Origin: Gammaproteobacteria bacterium
GTDB taxonomy: Bacteria; Pseudomonadota; Gammaproteobacteria; UBA4575
Length of the DNA stretch: 64,000 nt
Assembly (NCBI GenBank): GCA_965222615.1
Contig: CBDCUI010000007.1
Coordinates: 64,001-128,000 of the forward strand
Direction of reading: 5' to 3'
Shown here piece after piece: positions 31,578-42,048 of this stretch. Made by a program: the position numbers and the translations under genes. A model generated the notes under the pieces. The model ran no database searches. It was given only the letters and a program-made list of their open reading frames with translations, and was not told the origin of the DNA. The first letter of the stretch is position 1, and every line of letters begins with the position of its first letter.

Positions 31578-32889
31578 AAAATTACCTAGAATTACATTTG
31601 CTTTCATTTTTTCTATGAGCTGCATGCTGACAATGCTCAGCTATCCAACTTTTGTTAGCTCAAAAACGCTCGATAAGATTGTTGCGGTTGTTGAACAAGA
31701 TGTCATTATGCAAAGCGAACTGCAACAACGTGTACAAGTTCTTGTACAGCAATTTAACAAAAATCCAGATGCCCTACCCCCTCAAGATGTGCTTATTGAA
31801 CAAGTACTGCAAAGATTAATTGTTGAACGATTGCAGTTACAACTTGCCGAGCGACGTGGCATCAAAATTGACGAATTAAGTCTTGATCAAGCCATGCGAA
31901 ATTTAGCCAAACGTAATAATTTTACACTTGAGCAATTTCGAACAGCTTTACTTAAACAAGGACTTGATTACGTATCATTCAGAGAACAAGTACGCAATGA
32001 AATGATGCTTGAACAATTACGCAGACGTACCATCGACGAAGGCATTCAGGTAACGGAAGCTGAAATTGAAGAACTAGTCACTGAATCAAACGAAGATTTA
32101 CTAAAAAAAGAATACGAATATCATATTGCACATATTTTAATAGCAGTTCCAGAAACACCCAAACCCGGACAAATCGAAAAAGCTAAACACCGTTCTGCAT
32201 TAGTCTATGACCGAGCAGTTTCAGGTAGTAATTTCGCAAAGCTTGCTATCACGGCTTCTGATGCACAAGATGCGCTACAAGGTGGTGACTTGGGTTGGAG
32301 AAGCAAGGCACAGCTTCCACAAGCTTTTCTACCACAACTTGCGCAAATGCAACCTGGAGATGTAAGCAAAATTGCACAAAGTCCTGCAGGTTTTCATATC
32401 TTTAAAGTACTAGACCACCGTGAGATTAAAAATACTATGGTAAATCAAGTTTTATGTCGTCATATTCTGATTCGCACGAATACTTTACTTAACGACACTG
32501 CCGCAGAAATTAAGTTAAAAGACATCAAATCTAAAATTGAACAAGGTGAAGACTTTGCTAAATTTGCACGAGAACATTCTGATGATGCTGGCAGCGCAGT
32601 GAATGGAGGAAATTTAAATTGGACCACTTCTAACAACTTTGTTCCAAAGTTTCAGGAAGTTGTAGATAGTCTAGAGGTAGAAGAGATCAGTGAACCATTT
32701 CAAAGCCGCTATGGATGGCATATCGTGCAACTCCTAGATGCCAGAAAACATGACAATACACAAGAAGCAATGCGTGCAGAAGCTCGCGAACAAATTAGAC
32801 AAAGAAAGATTGAAGAAGAAACTGAGCTATGGCTAAGACAACTACGTGATGAAAGCTACATAGAAAATCGACTACATAGCTCTAATTAA
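31492..32889 (+). CDS. surA: Chaperone SurA (true start probably further downstream, near or after the lptD stop)
   Basis: DKIVAVV N-domain, two parvulin domains (GGDLGW, GGNLNW); follows lptD. Confidence 0.94.
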   Translation: MDKLVRQLENYWNVVFVDMMIEMMSTYFKKLPRITFAFIFSMSCMLTMLSYPTFVSSKTLDKIVAVVEQDVIMQSELQQRVQVLVQQFNKNPDALPPQDVLIEQVLQRLIVERLQLQLAERRGIKIDELSLDQAMRNLAKRNNFTLEQFRTALLKQGLDYVSFREQVRNEMMLEQLRRRTIDEGIQVTEAEIEELVTESNEDLLKKEYEYHIAHILIAVPETPKPGQIEKAKHRSALVYDRAVSGSNFAKLAITASDAQDALQGGDLGWRSKAQLPQAFLPQLAQMQPGDVSKIAQSPAGFHIFKVLDHREIKNTMVNQVLCRHILIRTNTLLNDTAAEIKLKDIKSKIEQGEDFAKFAREHSDDAGSAVNGGNLNWTTSNNFVPKFQEVVDSLEVEEISEPFQSRYGWHIVQLLDARKHDNTQEAMRAEAREQIRQRKIEEETELWLRQLRDESYIENRLHSSN

Positions 32890-32960
32890 CTACAGCCTAG
32901 CCTCTCTCCTAATATTGCTTTAAAACTAGCTTAGGAAACAAATAAAAATTATTTCTCTAA

Positions 32961-33971
32961 ATGCATACCCCAATACGTATAGCCATAACGCCGGGTGAAC
33001 CAGCTGGTATTGGGCCTGAACTAGTACTTAAACTTGCCCAACAAACTTTAAGATGTGAAATTATTGCCATAGCAAGTTTTGACTTATTAAAAAATCTTGC
33101 ACAGCAATTGAAGATAAAAACTGAAATTGGCTATTTTGACCTCAACACTGAAATAACAGCACATGCCGCAGGAAAGCTTTCTGTAGTAGACATACCACTC
33201 AAGCAGGCTGTAATCCCCGGTAAGCTATGTACTGAAAATTCTTTTTACGTGATCCAATCCTTGAATAAGGCAATCGAGTTAGTCAAAAACAATGTTTGCC
33301 AAGCCTTAACTACCGGTCCGGTGCAAAAAAGCATTCTCAACGATGCTGGAATTCCTTTTTCAGGCCACACAGAATTTATTGCCGAAAAAACGGGCGGATA
33401 CCCTGTCATGTTATTAACTAATGAGACACTTGAAAATCAGCAACAAAACGGCTTTAGAGTTGCTCTGGCAACTACACACTTGGCTGTTTCAGAGGTTCCC
33501 TCTCAGATTACTTCCCAACGAATTGAAACGATATTGAAAATACTACATCGAGAACTGATAGAGCGTTTCGCCATTGCCAGTCCATGTATTAGTGTTTGCG
33601 GCTTAAATCCCCATGCTGGAGAAGGTGGCCATTTAGGTAAAGAAGAAATTAATGTAATCATTCCAACACTGGAAAAATTACGTCAACAGGGAATGAATAT
33701 TGAAGGACCAATCCCCGCAGACACTGCATTCACACAACAACAATTAGTTGGCAAAGATGCTGTGCTCGCAATGTATCATGACCAAGGATTACCGGTTATC
33801 AAACACAGTGGTTTTGGTAATACCGTTAACGTAACTCTTGGCTTGCCAATCATTCGAACTTCCGTAGATCACGGTACAGCATTAGATATTGCTGGACAAG
33901 GCATAGCGGATGTAAGTAGTTTGCATACTGCGGTATCCTTGACAGCTAAACTTGTTAGTAACAGTAGTTGA
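32961..33971 (+). CDS. pdxA: 4-hydroxythreonine-4-phosphate dehydrogenase
   Basis: GEPAGIGPE, GHTE, NPHAGE, MYHDQGL, RTSVDHGTA. Confidence 0.96.
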   Translation: MHTPIRIAITPGEPAGIGPELVLKLAQQTLRCEIIAIASFDLLKNLAQQLKIKTEIGYFDLNTEITAHAAGKLSVVDIPLKQAVIPGKLCTENSFYVIQSLNKAIELVKNNVCQALTTGPVQKSILNDAGIPFSGHTEFIAEKTGGYPVMLLTNETLENQQQNGFRVALATTHLAVSEVPSQITSQRIETILKILHRELIERFAIASPCISVCGLNPHAGEGGHLGKEEINVIIPTLEKLRQQGMNIEGPIPADTAFTQQQLVGKDAVLAMYHDQGLPVIKHSGFGNTVNVTLGLPIIRTSVDHGTALDIAGQGIADVSSLHTAVSLTAKLVSNSS

Positions 33972-34042
33972 CTTACATGTAAAACTAAACTAGAACCTAT
34001 TCACAATTTTTCGATGGGTTCAAGAAACTTTGGAAAATACAT

Positions 34043-34420
34043 ATGGCTAAACTCACTTCAGAAGCACTGCAAGCTTGGGAGCAACATGATGAACGTATGG
34101 TGCTCACTACCTGCAACACAAATAACATCCCAAACTCAATATGGGTAATTTGCGTAAAGCTCATTAACGACGAGCAATTTGTAATCGCAAATAACGCATT
34201 TCACAAAACCTTAAAGAATATAAATTCGGGAAGTAAAGGATCATTACTTTACATCGCCCCCGAACGTGAAGCCTATCAAGTAAAAGGTTCACTTGAGTAC
34301 TATACCAGCGGACCTGTTTACGATGACATGAAACAATGGCTCGATCCAAAGTTTCCTGGCAAAGGTGCATTAGTCTTAAATATTGAAGAAGTGTTCTATG
34401 GAGCCAATCAAGTAGTCTAA
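34043..34420 (+). CDS. Pyridoxamine 5'-phosphate oxidase-like FMN-binding protein
   Basis: LTT...PN, KTLKNI, YQVKG, IEEVF pattern of split-barrel FMN proteins. Confidence 0.78.
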   Translation: MAKLTSEALQAWEQHDERMVLTTCNTNNIPNSIWVICVKLINDEQFVIANNAFHKTLKNINSGSKGSLLYIAPEREAYQVKGSLEYYTSGPVYDDMKQWLDPKFPGKGALVLNIEEVFYGANQVV

Positions 34421-34432
34421 AACCTGTACACT

Positions 34433-35014
34433 ATGAAAAACCGAGTCTTTTTATTCTTTGCTTTCCTATTAGTGATATGCGGCCAAGTAAATACTTATGC
34501 TGCAGGCTTAGAAAATCGTAGCATTAATATTTCTAGTAATGAGAGATTTAATTTTATCAATGGCAGCAGTATTCAGTTCAAATTTAAACCACTATCTGAT
34601 AAGGCTCGAGAACTAGAAATAACAAGGAATGCTTCATCCTTAGGAGTTGCCTACCTGGGACAAATTCAACTAAAAGAAAACATCACAGCTTTGTCAGCTT
34701 TACGATCTATCGCCGATCAAATCGGAGAAAGTTTAAACCTGAGTTTTGGTGTAATCGCAGATTCTAATACTTCTGAAGCACTTAAATTAAATGAATTATT
34801 ATTATTATATCATCCTGCTATCACGGTAACACTTGTATTGGCAAGGCCTAATGAAGAAAGCAATTATGAAATCATATGTACCTATGCATTAAGAGATTTA
34901 AAAGAAGAAAACGCAAGAGACAAACAAACTATATCTCAAGCACAGGGAACAAACCAGGCATCTGAAAATCCAAAACCTCAAGTGAACAAGCAGGAAGAGG
35001 CTGTAAACCAATAG
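34433..35014 (+). CDS. Hypothetical exported protein
   Basis: 193 aa with signal peptide; no motif recognised. Confidence 0.6.
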   Translation: MKNRVFLFFAFLLVICGQVNTYAAGLENRSINISSNERFNFINGSSIQFKFKPLSDKARELEITRNASSLGVAYLGQIQLKENITALSALRSIADQIGESLNLSFGVIADSNTSEALKLNELLLLYHPAITVTLVLARPNEESNYEIICTYALRDLKEENARDKQTISQAQGTNQASENPKPQVNKQEEAVNQ

Positions 35015-35126
35015 GTCACTACCACAAGTATTGGACGTAATTTATATAAGTTTTATCAAAAATAATTGATCAGCCATTTATCAACTGTGTAATAGTAAAA
35101 CGCTGTACCCCATTCACCACAATAAG

Positions 35127-35915
35127 GTGCTATTGGTGACCAAAAAACTTCGTAAACGTTTTGGACAACATCTACTCACAGATCCAAATACGATTACCGA
35201 TATCATTCAAGCTATTAACCCTTCTCCACAAGAAAATATTTGTGAAATAGGGCCCGGGCTAGGTGCAATTACGATCCCTGTACTTAAGCAAGTAGGTATA
35301 ATGCACGCGATTGAAATTGACCGAGATCTATCTAAAGAGTTACTAATAAAATGTAAAGAAATTGGTAAACTAGAATTACATCAGTCCGATGTCTTGAAAT
35401 TTAACTTTAATGATATAGCTAAACCAGATCAGCGCTGTCGACTGATAGGCAACCTCCCCTATAACATTTCTACTCCACTTCTATTTCATTTGCTTCAATT
35501 TTCTACTGTTATAGAAGATATGTATTTCATGTTGCAAAAAGAAGTTGTCAATCGTGTTGTTGCTAAACCCGACGATAGTGCATACAGTCGATTAAGTATA
35601 ATGACACAAAGTCACTATCAAGTAGAAAATTTATTTGATATTGCACCAAATATGTTTTCTCCGCCTCCGAAAGTAACCTCTAGTTTTATACGACTACTAC
35701 CAAGTGATATTGTGCTTAAAAAAATTTTAGACCGTGAGTTATTCAGTAAAATCGTTAAATATGCTTTTCAGCATAGGCGTAAAACAATAAAAAATAACCT
35801 AGCATCAATTGCTTCTGAGAAACATCTGGAAAAGGCATCTATAATTCCTAGTCAACGCCCGCAAGAAATTTCTATAGACCAATACATTACACTTACAAAT
35901 CAACTCACGAATTAA
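35127..35915 (+). CDS. rsmA: 16S rRNA m6,2A1518/1519 dimethyltransferase
   Basis: RKRFGQH, EIGPGLG, GNLPYNIS, PPPKV. Confidence 0.96.
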   Translation: MLLVTKKLRKRFGQHLLTDPNTITDIIQAINPSPQENICEIGPGLGAITIPVLKQVGIMHAIEIDRDLSKELLIKCKEIGKLELHQSDVLKFNFNDIAKPDQRCRLIGNLPYNISTPLLFHLLQFSTVIEDMYFMLQKEVVNRVVAKPDDSAYSRLSIMTQSHYQVENLFDIAPNMFSPPPKVTSSFIRLLPSDIVLKKILDRELFSKIVKYAFQHRRKTIKNNLASIASEKHLEKASIIPSQRPQEISIDQYITLTNQLTN

Positions 35916-36060
35916 GTACTTTTTTGACAACTCATTGAATTTTTTACAACTTAAGTTGCTTAAGTATTAACGCTAAGAAACAAAATGGTTAATTTTTACA
36001 CCATAATACAAATGTTAGCTGCATCTGAGTTTTTTATAATTTTGTAGGTATAATACGCAT

Positions 36061-36444
36061 ATGGATGAGTCACAAGCCCACAATATAGATGTAAGCGTAG
36101 ATAGTACCTTTATCGAAGGTCAATCTGACGAAGAACAAAACCGTTTTGTGTTCGCATATACTGTAACCATACATAATACCGGTTTGGTACCTGCTAAACT
36201 GATTACTCGCCACTGGATCATTACAGATTCTAATGGCAAGACCCAAGAGGTAAAAGGTGAAGGTGTAGTCGGTGAACAACCTTATTTACGCCCTGGTGAA
36301 GCCTTTCAATATACTAGTGGCACAATGCTAGAAACACCAGTAGGTACAATGAAAGGCAGCTATCAAATGGTTGCAGATGACGGTACTGAGTTTGATGCTG
36401 AGATTAATGTATTTACATTAGCAGCTCCTCGCGTCCTGCATTAA
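36061..36444 (+). CDS. apaG: ApaG protein
   Basis: RHWIITD, GEGVVGEQP, YTSG. Confidence 0.96.
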   Translation: MDESQAHNIDVSVDSTFIEGQSDEEQNRFVFAYTVTIHNTGLVPAKLITRHWIITDSNGKTQEVKGEGVVGEQPYLRPGEAFQYTSGTMLETPVGTMKGSYQMVADDGTEFDAEINVFTLAAPRVLH

Positions 36445-36554
36445 ATTATTTAATCAACTATCGTATTAGAATTAGCTTTAATTAAAGCTAACATGCGATT
36501 TTGAAAATAATTTTTTGTAAAATGCGCATACTATCTATGTATACAAACTAAAGC

Positions 36555-37391
36555 ATGGCAATTTATGCAGTTGGAGATGTACAAGGCTGTTTTGACGAAT
36601 TACAAGAACTTGTAGAGTACATTTCCTTTAAACCAAAAAAGGATCAGTTGTGGTTCGTAGGTGATATTGTCAATCGCGGACCAAAGTCTTTGGAAACATT
36701 ACGCTGGGTTAAATCTCTTGGCAATGCTGCCGTAATGGTACTGGGCAACCATGACCTACATTTACTCGCAGCTCATGCTGGCGTTAGAGAAACTAGCACG
36801 AGCAGTAGTTTATTCCCAATATTAAAAGCCGATGACGCGAATGAATTAGTTGACTGGCTTAGACATCAACCATTAATACGCTTCAACAAAAAATTTGAAT
36901 TTGCCATAGTACATGCCGGCCTACCACCCCAGTGGAACATACAAGATGCATTTCGTTATGCAAAAGAAGTAGAAACCGTTTTAAAGTCAAAAAAATATAA
37001 AAACTTTCTTTATAACATGTATGGAGATACACCCAATCAATGGAATAGCAAATTAAAAGGCTGGGATCGCATGCGTATAATCACCAATCTCTTCACGCGT
37101 CTACGCTATTGTACTCCCAAAGGAGTGATGAGCTTTGAAGACAAGGGCCCTCCTGGTACACAAAGCGCAGGAATGAAACCTTGGTATGAAATTAAATCAC
37201 GTAACAGTCAAGACACGACTATTGTTTTTGGACACTGGTCTACACTTGGACATATAAATAATCATAACGTGATTGCAACGGATACCGGCTGTCTGTGGGG
37301 AGGACGTTTAACTGCGATCAGAATAGGTAAAGACGAGCTCACAGTTTATCAAGTCAAATGTGAAGCTAAACAAGCTATTCCAACTATTTAA
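36555..37391 (+). CDS. apaH: Symmetrical bis(5'-nucleosyl)-tetraphosphatase
   Basis: GDVQGC, GDIVNRGP, LGNHD, FGHWS, DTGCLWG. Confidence 0.96.
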   Translation: MAIYAVGDVQGCFDELQELVEYISFKPKKDQLWFVGDIVNRGPKSLETLRWVKSLGNAAVMVLGNHDLHLLAAHAGVRETSTSSSLFPILKADDANELVDWLRHQPLIRFNKKFEFAIVHAGLPPQWNIQDAFRYAKEVETVLKSKKYKNFLYNMYGDTPNQWNSKLKGWDRMRIITNLFTRLRYCTPKGVMSFEDKGPPGTQSAGMKPWYEIKSRNSQDTTIVFGHWSTLGHINNHNVIATDTGCLWGGRLTAIRIGKDELTVYQVKCEAKQAIPTI

Positions 37392-37551
37392 ACTAACAAT
37401 CCAAACAAAAACTGGTCATTTCATTTAGATGTGTTAAAAAAATTTAGCATGGATTTTCAATAATTAGCTACTCAAAATAATATTGAAATTTAACCTCTGC
37501 ATGTAACCACTCATCGGGAAATTTGGCACGCATGGATTTACTTATTCCAAA

Positions 37552-38016
37552 ATGAGCCATTATTCACATGAGTTTTATATAAGTATTGTTATGGGCAAGT
37601 TGGACACAATAATAAAAAAAATCATCGATGGTACAAATATATCTAAACAAAATAGAGCTAACAAAAAACCTGGCACTTCAAACAAGGTCGTACAAACACG
37701 ACATCCCTTGTCAGTCCCTGAGCTCAAACAAGACATTCACGAGCTGGTAAGACAATGTAGAGAAGAGATTCAGAAATCAGAAGATTCAGGAATCATGCCA
37801 GCACCAACTTATTTTGAGCAGGTTGCAATTTTATCTAGAAAAGAGAAGAAATATGAAAATGAAATTGCGATATGTGAAATGTATATCGACCTTATTAATC
37901 AATATGCTGAGAGAGAGAAACTAACGAAAGACGAAATATCAACCAATCTTTTACCTAATTGCACTCCATTTATGAAACGTCTGCATAATGCAAAAATAAT
38001 GATCAGTCATGAATAA
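37552..38016 (+). CDS. Hypothetical protein (helical, TPR-like segment)
   Basis: 154-aa ORF; PAPTYFEQVAILSRKEKKYENEIAICE segment. Confidence 0.55.
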   Translation: MSHYSHEFYISIVMGKLDTIIKKIIDGTNISKQNRANKKPGTSNKVVQTRHPLSVPELKQDIHELVRQCREEIQKSEDSGIMPAPTYFEQVAILSRKEKKYENEIAICEMYIDLINQYAEREKLTKDEISTNLLPNCTPFMKRLHNAKIMISHE

Positions 38017-38110
38017 TATCATCTTTTGTGATTAAAAATCGTAAACGATAAACACATTACATAAACAGTTTGATAATTTCTAGTTTGCGCATTGAAGAGC
38101 AAATTAATGT

Positions 38111-39064
38111 TTAGTCAACAGTTGATGATGATCGATGGTAACGCATAATGATATTAGGATCGGGCAATAAATTAATAGTAGTATCCTTACCCTCGTAATC
38201 ATAACTTGAAAGGACATAACGAATGCTTTCCAGGCGTGCACTCTTTTTATCGTTAGCTTGCACAATGATCCACGGGCTGAAGGTTGTATGAGTATTACTA
38301 AACATCATCTCTTTGTATTTAGTATATTCATCCCATAACTTCTGCGCGCGCCCATCAATAGGACTCAGTTTCCATTGTTTTAGTGGATTCGTTTGACGTG
38401 ACTCAAAACGCTTGAGTTGCTCTTTCTTGGAGATAGAAAACCAAAACTTAGTTAGGTCTATACCATCTTCATACAGCATATGTTCAAACTCCGGCACTTG
38501 ACGCATGAATTGCTTATACTGCTTCTTCGTACAAAATTTATTGACTGGCTCAACTACTGCACGGTTGTACCAACTACGATCAAAAAAAACAATCTCACCC
38601 TTGTTTGGTAATTGTTTGACATAGCGCTGAAAGTACCATTGGCCCACTTCATCATCACTTGGCTTAGGCAATGCGACAATACGCATTGCGCGTGGATTCA
38701 TATGTTCCACGAAACGTCGAATTGTCCCACCTTTTCCAGCAGCATCACGTCCTTCATAGACAATTGCTATGCGACGTTGCTGTTCTTGCGCCCAACGCTG
38801 TAACTTTACCAATTCACCTTGCAACAAACGTAGATCTTCTTCATATGCTAATGCTTTCTTGAATTTTTTGAGGTTAAAGTCCTTTTTTCTTAGCAGTCCA
38901 AAAAAATCGCGCGACGATTGAAGCTCGATAAGTTCTTCTTTTGTCAGTATATCTTCGGCAGAATTCATCATCATTTCCGCCGAATCGTTTATATCTGGTG
39001 CAACTTTAAGCGCGTTAATAGCAATGCCATCCTTACTTGCTAGCTTTACTTTTTTATTAGTCAT
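38111..39064 (-). CDS. ppk2: Polyphosphate kinase 2
   Basis: EGRDAAGKGG, WYFQRY, FDRSWYNR, WKLSPID. Confidence 0.95.
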   Translation of the reverse strand: MTNKKVKLASKDGIAINALKVAPDINDSAEMMMNSAEDILTKEELIELQSSRDFFGLLRKKDFNLKKFKKALAYEEDLRLLQGELVKLQRWAQEQQRRIAIVYEGRDAAGKGGTIRRFVEHMNPRAMRIVALPKPSDDEVGQWYFQRYVKQLPNKGEIVFFDRSWYNRAVVEPVNKFCTKKQYKQFMRQVPEFEHMLYEDGIDLTKFWFSISKKEQLKRFESRQTNPLKQWKLSPIDGRAQKLWDEYTKYKEMMFSNTHTTFSPWIIVQANDKKSARLESIRYVLSSYDYEGKDTTINLLPDPNIIMRYHRSSSTVD

Positions 39065-39335
39065 CTTAAACCCTTAATCACAGGTTAGTTTTGAAAATGC
39101 TATATCTAAAAATAATATCTTTATCAAGCTGCCTAGGACTCAACTAAATCATAACTACGATGAAAGCAAGGGTTATGAGCAATTTTCCTGACCTAGCACA
39201 AGAAAATAATGGTTTCTCGTTAGAACCTTGAAAATTGAGCATAAACATATGACCTCGATTTTTGAGAAGCCACTTGGGGCCGTAACCTGCTATTCGATAG
39301 AATATTGATCCAAATTTAGTGCCAATAGAATACTT

Positions 39336-39809
39336 ATGAAATCAATCGCTATTTTTGCAGATGTACAAAATATTTATTACACCACTCGTCAAGCTTATGA
39401 CCGCCAATTTAATTATAGGAAAGTGTGGCAACAAATCAGTAACCAAGGAGAGATTATTTCTGCAACTGCTTATGCAACAGATCGTGGTGATGATAAACAA
39501 CTTAAATTCCAAAATGCTCTAGAACATATCGGATTTACAGTAAAACTCAAACCTTATATTCAGCGTAGTGATGGATCGGCGAAAGGTGATTGGGACGTTG
39601 GTATTACAATTGATATTATGGAAGCAGCAAAAAACGTTGATACTATTATTTTATTATCTGGTGATGGTGACTTCGATTTATTACTGCAGAAAATCAAAAA
39701 GGATTACGCAGTCTGTACCGAAGTTTATGGTGTGCCAACACTCACAGCCAACTCACTTATTGATTCTGCTAGTATCTACCATCCTATTGAAGAAAAATTA
39801 TTATTATAA
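39336..39809 (+). CDS. NYN domain (LabA/DUF88, PIN-like) protein
   Basis: FADVQN, KGDWDV, SGDGDF acidic motifs. Confidence 0.9.
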   Translation: MKSIAIFADVQNIYYTTRQAYDRQFNYRKVWQQISNQGEIISATAYATDRGDDKQLKFQNALEHIGFTVKLKPYIQRSDGSAKGDWDVGITIDIMEAAKNVDTIILLSGDGDFDLLLQKIKKDYAVCTEVYGVPTLTANSLIDSASIYHPIEEKLLL

Positions 39810-39873
39810 GAATAAATGAAATTTAGTTAAAATTTAAATGGATACGATAAGTTATATTAGCCATTTAAAATAT

Positions 39874-40356
39874 TTATTTAATTCGTATATATTGAATAAA
39901 CTCCATATCAAATTTATTTTTCTCATCTTTGTCTCGATATTCTCTCTCTAATTCTTTCCATTCATGTTTATTCCATTTTGGAAAATAGGTATCACCTTGC
40001 AAATCTGCATGCACAATCGTTATATATAAATGTGTTGCGAGCGGTAAAGCCAATTTGTAAATATCTGCGCCGCCAATCACAAAGGCCTTACCTAGTACTA
40101 ACCTGGCAACGTGACCCCAATTATTGGCGATTTCACAACCCTCAGCTGTGAATTTTTTATTGTGGGTAAGTACAATATGTTGTCTCCCTGGCAATAATCC
40201 AGGAAGAGACTCAAAAGTCTTACGCCCCATTATTATGGGATGCCCCATAGTAATTTTTTTAAAGCGTTGTAAGTCGGCCGGCAGATGCCATGGAATTTGA
40301 TTATCTTTACCAATTAATCCCTGTGGGGTCATCGCAACGATGATTGCAATTTGCAT
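39874..40356 (-). CDS. folA: Dihydrofolate reductase
   Basis: IPWHLPADL, MGRKTFES, LPGR, IGGA, GDTYFP. Confidence 0.96.
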   Translation of the reverse strand: MQIAIIVAMTPQGLIGKDNQIPWHLPADLQRFKKITMGHPIIMGRKTFESLPGLLPGRQHIVLTHNKKFTAEGCEIANNWGHVARLVLGKAFVIGGADIYKLALPLATHLYITIVHADLQGDTYFPKWNKHEWKELEREYRDKDEKNKFDMEFIQYIRIK

Positions 40357-40381
40357 ACCTAATTCGATTAGACTTGTTTAT

Positions 40382-41176
40382 TTAGACTGCTACAGGAGCC
40401 GAAATGTGCTCATGGCATTGATAATTTTGTAATTCAAAATCCTCGTATTTAAATTCAAATATCGATTTAACATTTGGATTGATCCACATATTCGGCAATG
40501 CATAAGGTGCACGACTTAACTGTTGTTGTGCTTGTTCGATATGGTTTTTATACAAATGCACATCACCAAAGGTATGCACAAACTCTCCGGGTTCATAGCC
40601 CGTAACATGCGCTACCATTTGCAGCAACAAAGCATACGAAGCAATATTAAAAGGCACGCCTAAAAATACATCGGCACTACGTTGATACAACTGACAAGAA
40701 AGCCTGTTTTGCGCTACATAAAATTGAAAAAAGGCATGGCAGGGCGGCAAAGCCATGTTGTCAATTTCACCAACATTCCATGCACTTACGATATGTCTTC
40801 GAGATAAAGGATTTTCTTTGAGCTCAGTAATTAATTGGCTGATTTGGTCAATACATTTACCATCTGCAGTTTGCCAACTACGCCATTGTGCCCCATATAC
40901 CGGACCAAGTTCTCCGTTTTCATCAGCCCATTCGTCCCAAATGGATATACCATTTTTGTGCAAGTAAGAAACATTAGTTTCACCGCGCAAAAACCATAAC
41001 AGCTCATGGATAATTGATTTGAGATGCAGCTTCTTCGTGGTTAACAATGGAAAGCCATTTTGTAGATCAAAACGCATTTGATAACCAAACACCGATACTG
41101 TACCAGTGCCGGTTCGATCACCTTTTTCTACGCCATGTGTCATGACATGATGGAGTAACTCTAAATATTGTTGCAT
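40382..41176 (-). CDS. thyA: Thymidylate synthase
   Basis: [27 protein letters not shown]. Confidence 0.98.
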   Translation of the reverse strand: MQQYLELLHHVMTHGVEKGDRTGTGTVSVFGYQMRFDLQNGFPLLTTKKLHLKSIIHELLWFLRGETNVSYLHKNGISIWDEWADENGELGPVYGAQWRSWQTADGKCIDQISQLITELKENPLSRRHIVSAWNVGEIDNMALPPCHAFFQFYVAQNRLSCQLYQRSADVFLGVPFNIASYALLLQMVAHVTGYEPGEFVHTFGDVHLYKNHIEQAQQQLSRAPYALPNMWINPNVKSIFEFKYEDFELQNYQCHEHISAPVAV

Positions 41177-41179
41177 GTC

Positions 41180-41977
41180 TTATGTTTTATCAGGTATTCC
41201 AAATTTATTATAAGCCAGCCATATGGTTACTAAACCAATGATTACCATCGGTATGGTCAACAACTGTCCCATGGTAAGCCAATCAAATGCAATAAAATTT
41301 AAGTGTGCGTCTGGTTCGCGTACAAATTCAATAACAAAACGGAAAATACCATAAAGCAAAACAAATAAACCGCAAACAGCACCAACAGGCCGTGGTTTTT
41401 GCGCAAATGCCCATAACACAACAAATAACACCAAACCTTCAAGAAAGGCTTGATACAACTGTGATGGATGCCTAGTCAAATCGCCAGCTTGAGGAAATAC
41501 CATACTCCATGGCACATCAGTTACACGGCCCCAAAGTTCTCCATTGATAAAATTACCGATTCTGCCTGCGCCTAGACCAATGGGTACCATAGGCGCAACA
41601 AAATCACACAAACGCAAGAACCCATATCCTTTAGCGCGTTGATAGATCCAAAGGGCAAAAACCACACCGAGCAACCCGCCATGGAAACTCATACCCCCTT
41701 CCCAAATCTTAAACAGATAAAGCGGGTTTTCTAAAAACTGGGAGAAATTATAAAATAACACTGAACCAACTCTACCCCCTATAATCACACCTAACATTCC
41801 ATAGAATAAAATATCACCCACATCTTCGGGCTTAGCTACGGTATGCTGTTTCTTTGCATGGATACGGCCCAGCCACCAAAATGCAAGAAAGCCGATGGCA
41901 TACATTAAACCATACCAACGTAACTTTAGTGGACCGATAGAAAAAATTACCGGATCAATTTCAGGAAAAGTCAGCAT
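41180..41977 (-). CDS. lgt: Prolipoprotein diacylglyceryl transferase
   Basis: RWYGLMY, GGMSFHGG, GRIGNFINGELWGR, RHPSQLY; start set at MLTFPEIDP. Confidence 0.96.
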   Translation of the reverse strand: MLTFPEIDPVIFSIGPLKLRWYGLMYAIGFLAFWWLGRIHAKKQHTVAKPEDVGDILFYGMLGVIIGGRVGSVLFYNFSQFLENPLYLFKIWEGGMSFHGGLLGVVFALWIYQRAKGYGFLRLCDFVAPMVPIGLGAGRIGNFINGELWGRVTDVPWSMVFPQAGDLTRHPSQLYQAFLEGLVLFVVLWAFAQKPRPVGAVCGLFVLLYGIFRFVIEFVREPDAHLNFIAFDWLTMGQLLTIPMVIIGLVTIWLAYNKFGIPDKT

Positions 41978-42048
41978 ATTTACACTATAGCAACAGTTAG
42001 GCTCAGTTAATAACAAACCAACATGTGTATAAAATTTAAACACCTAGT

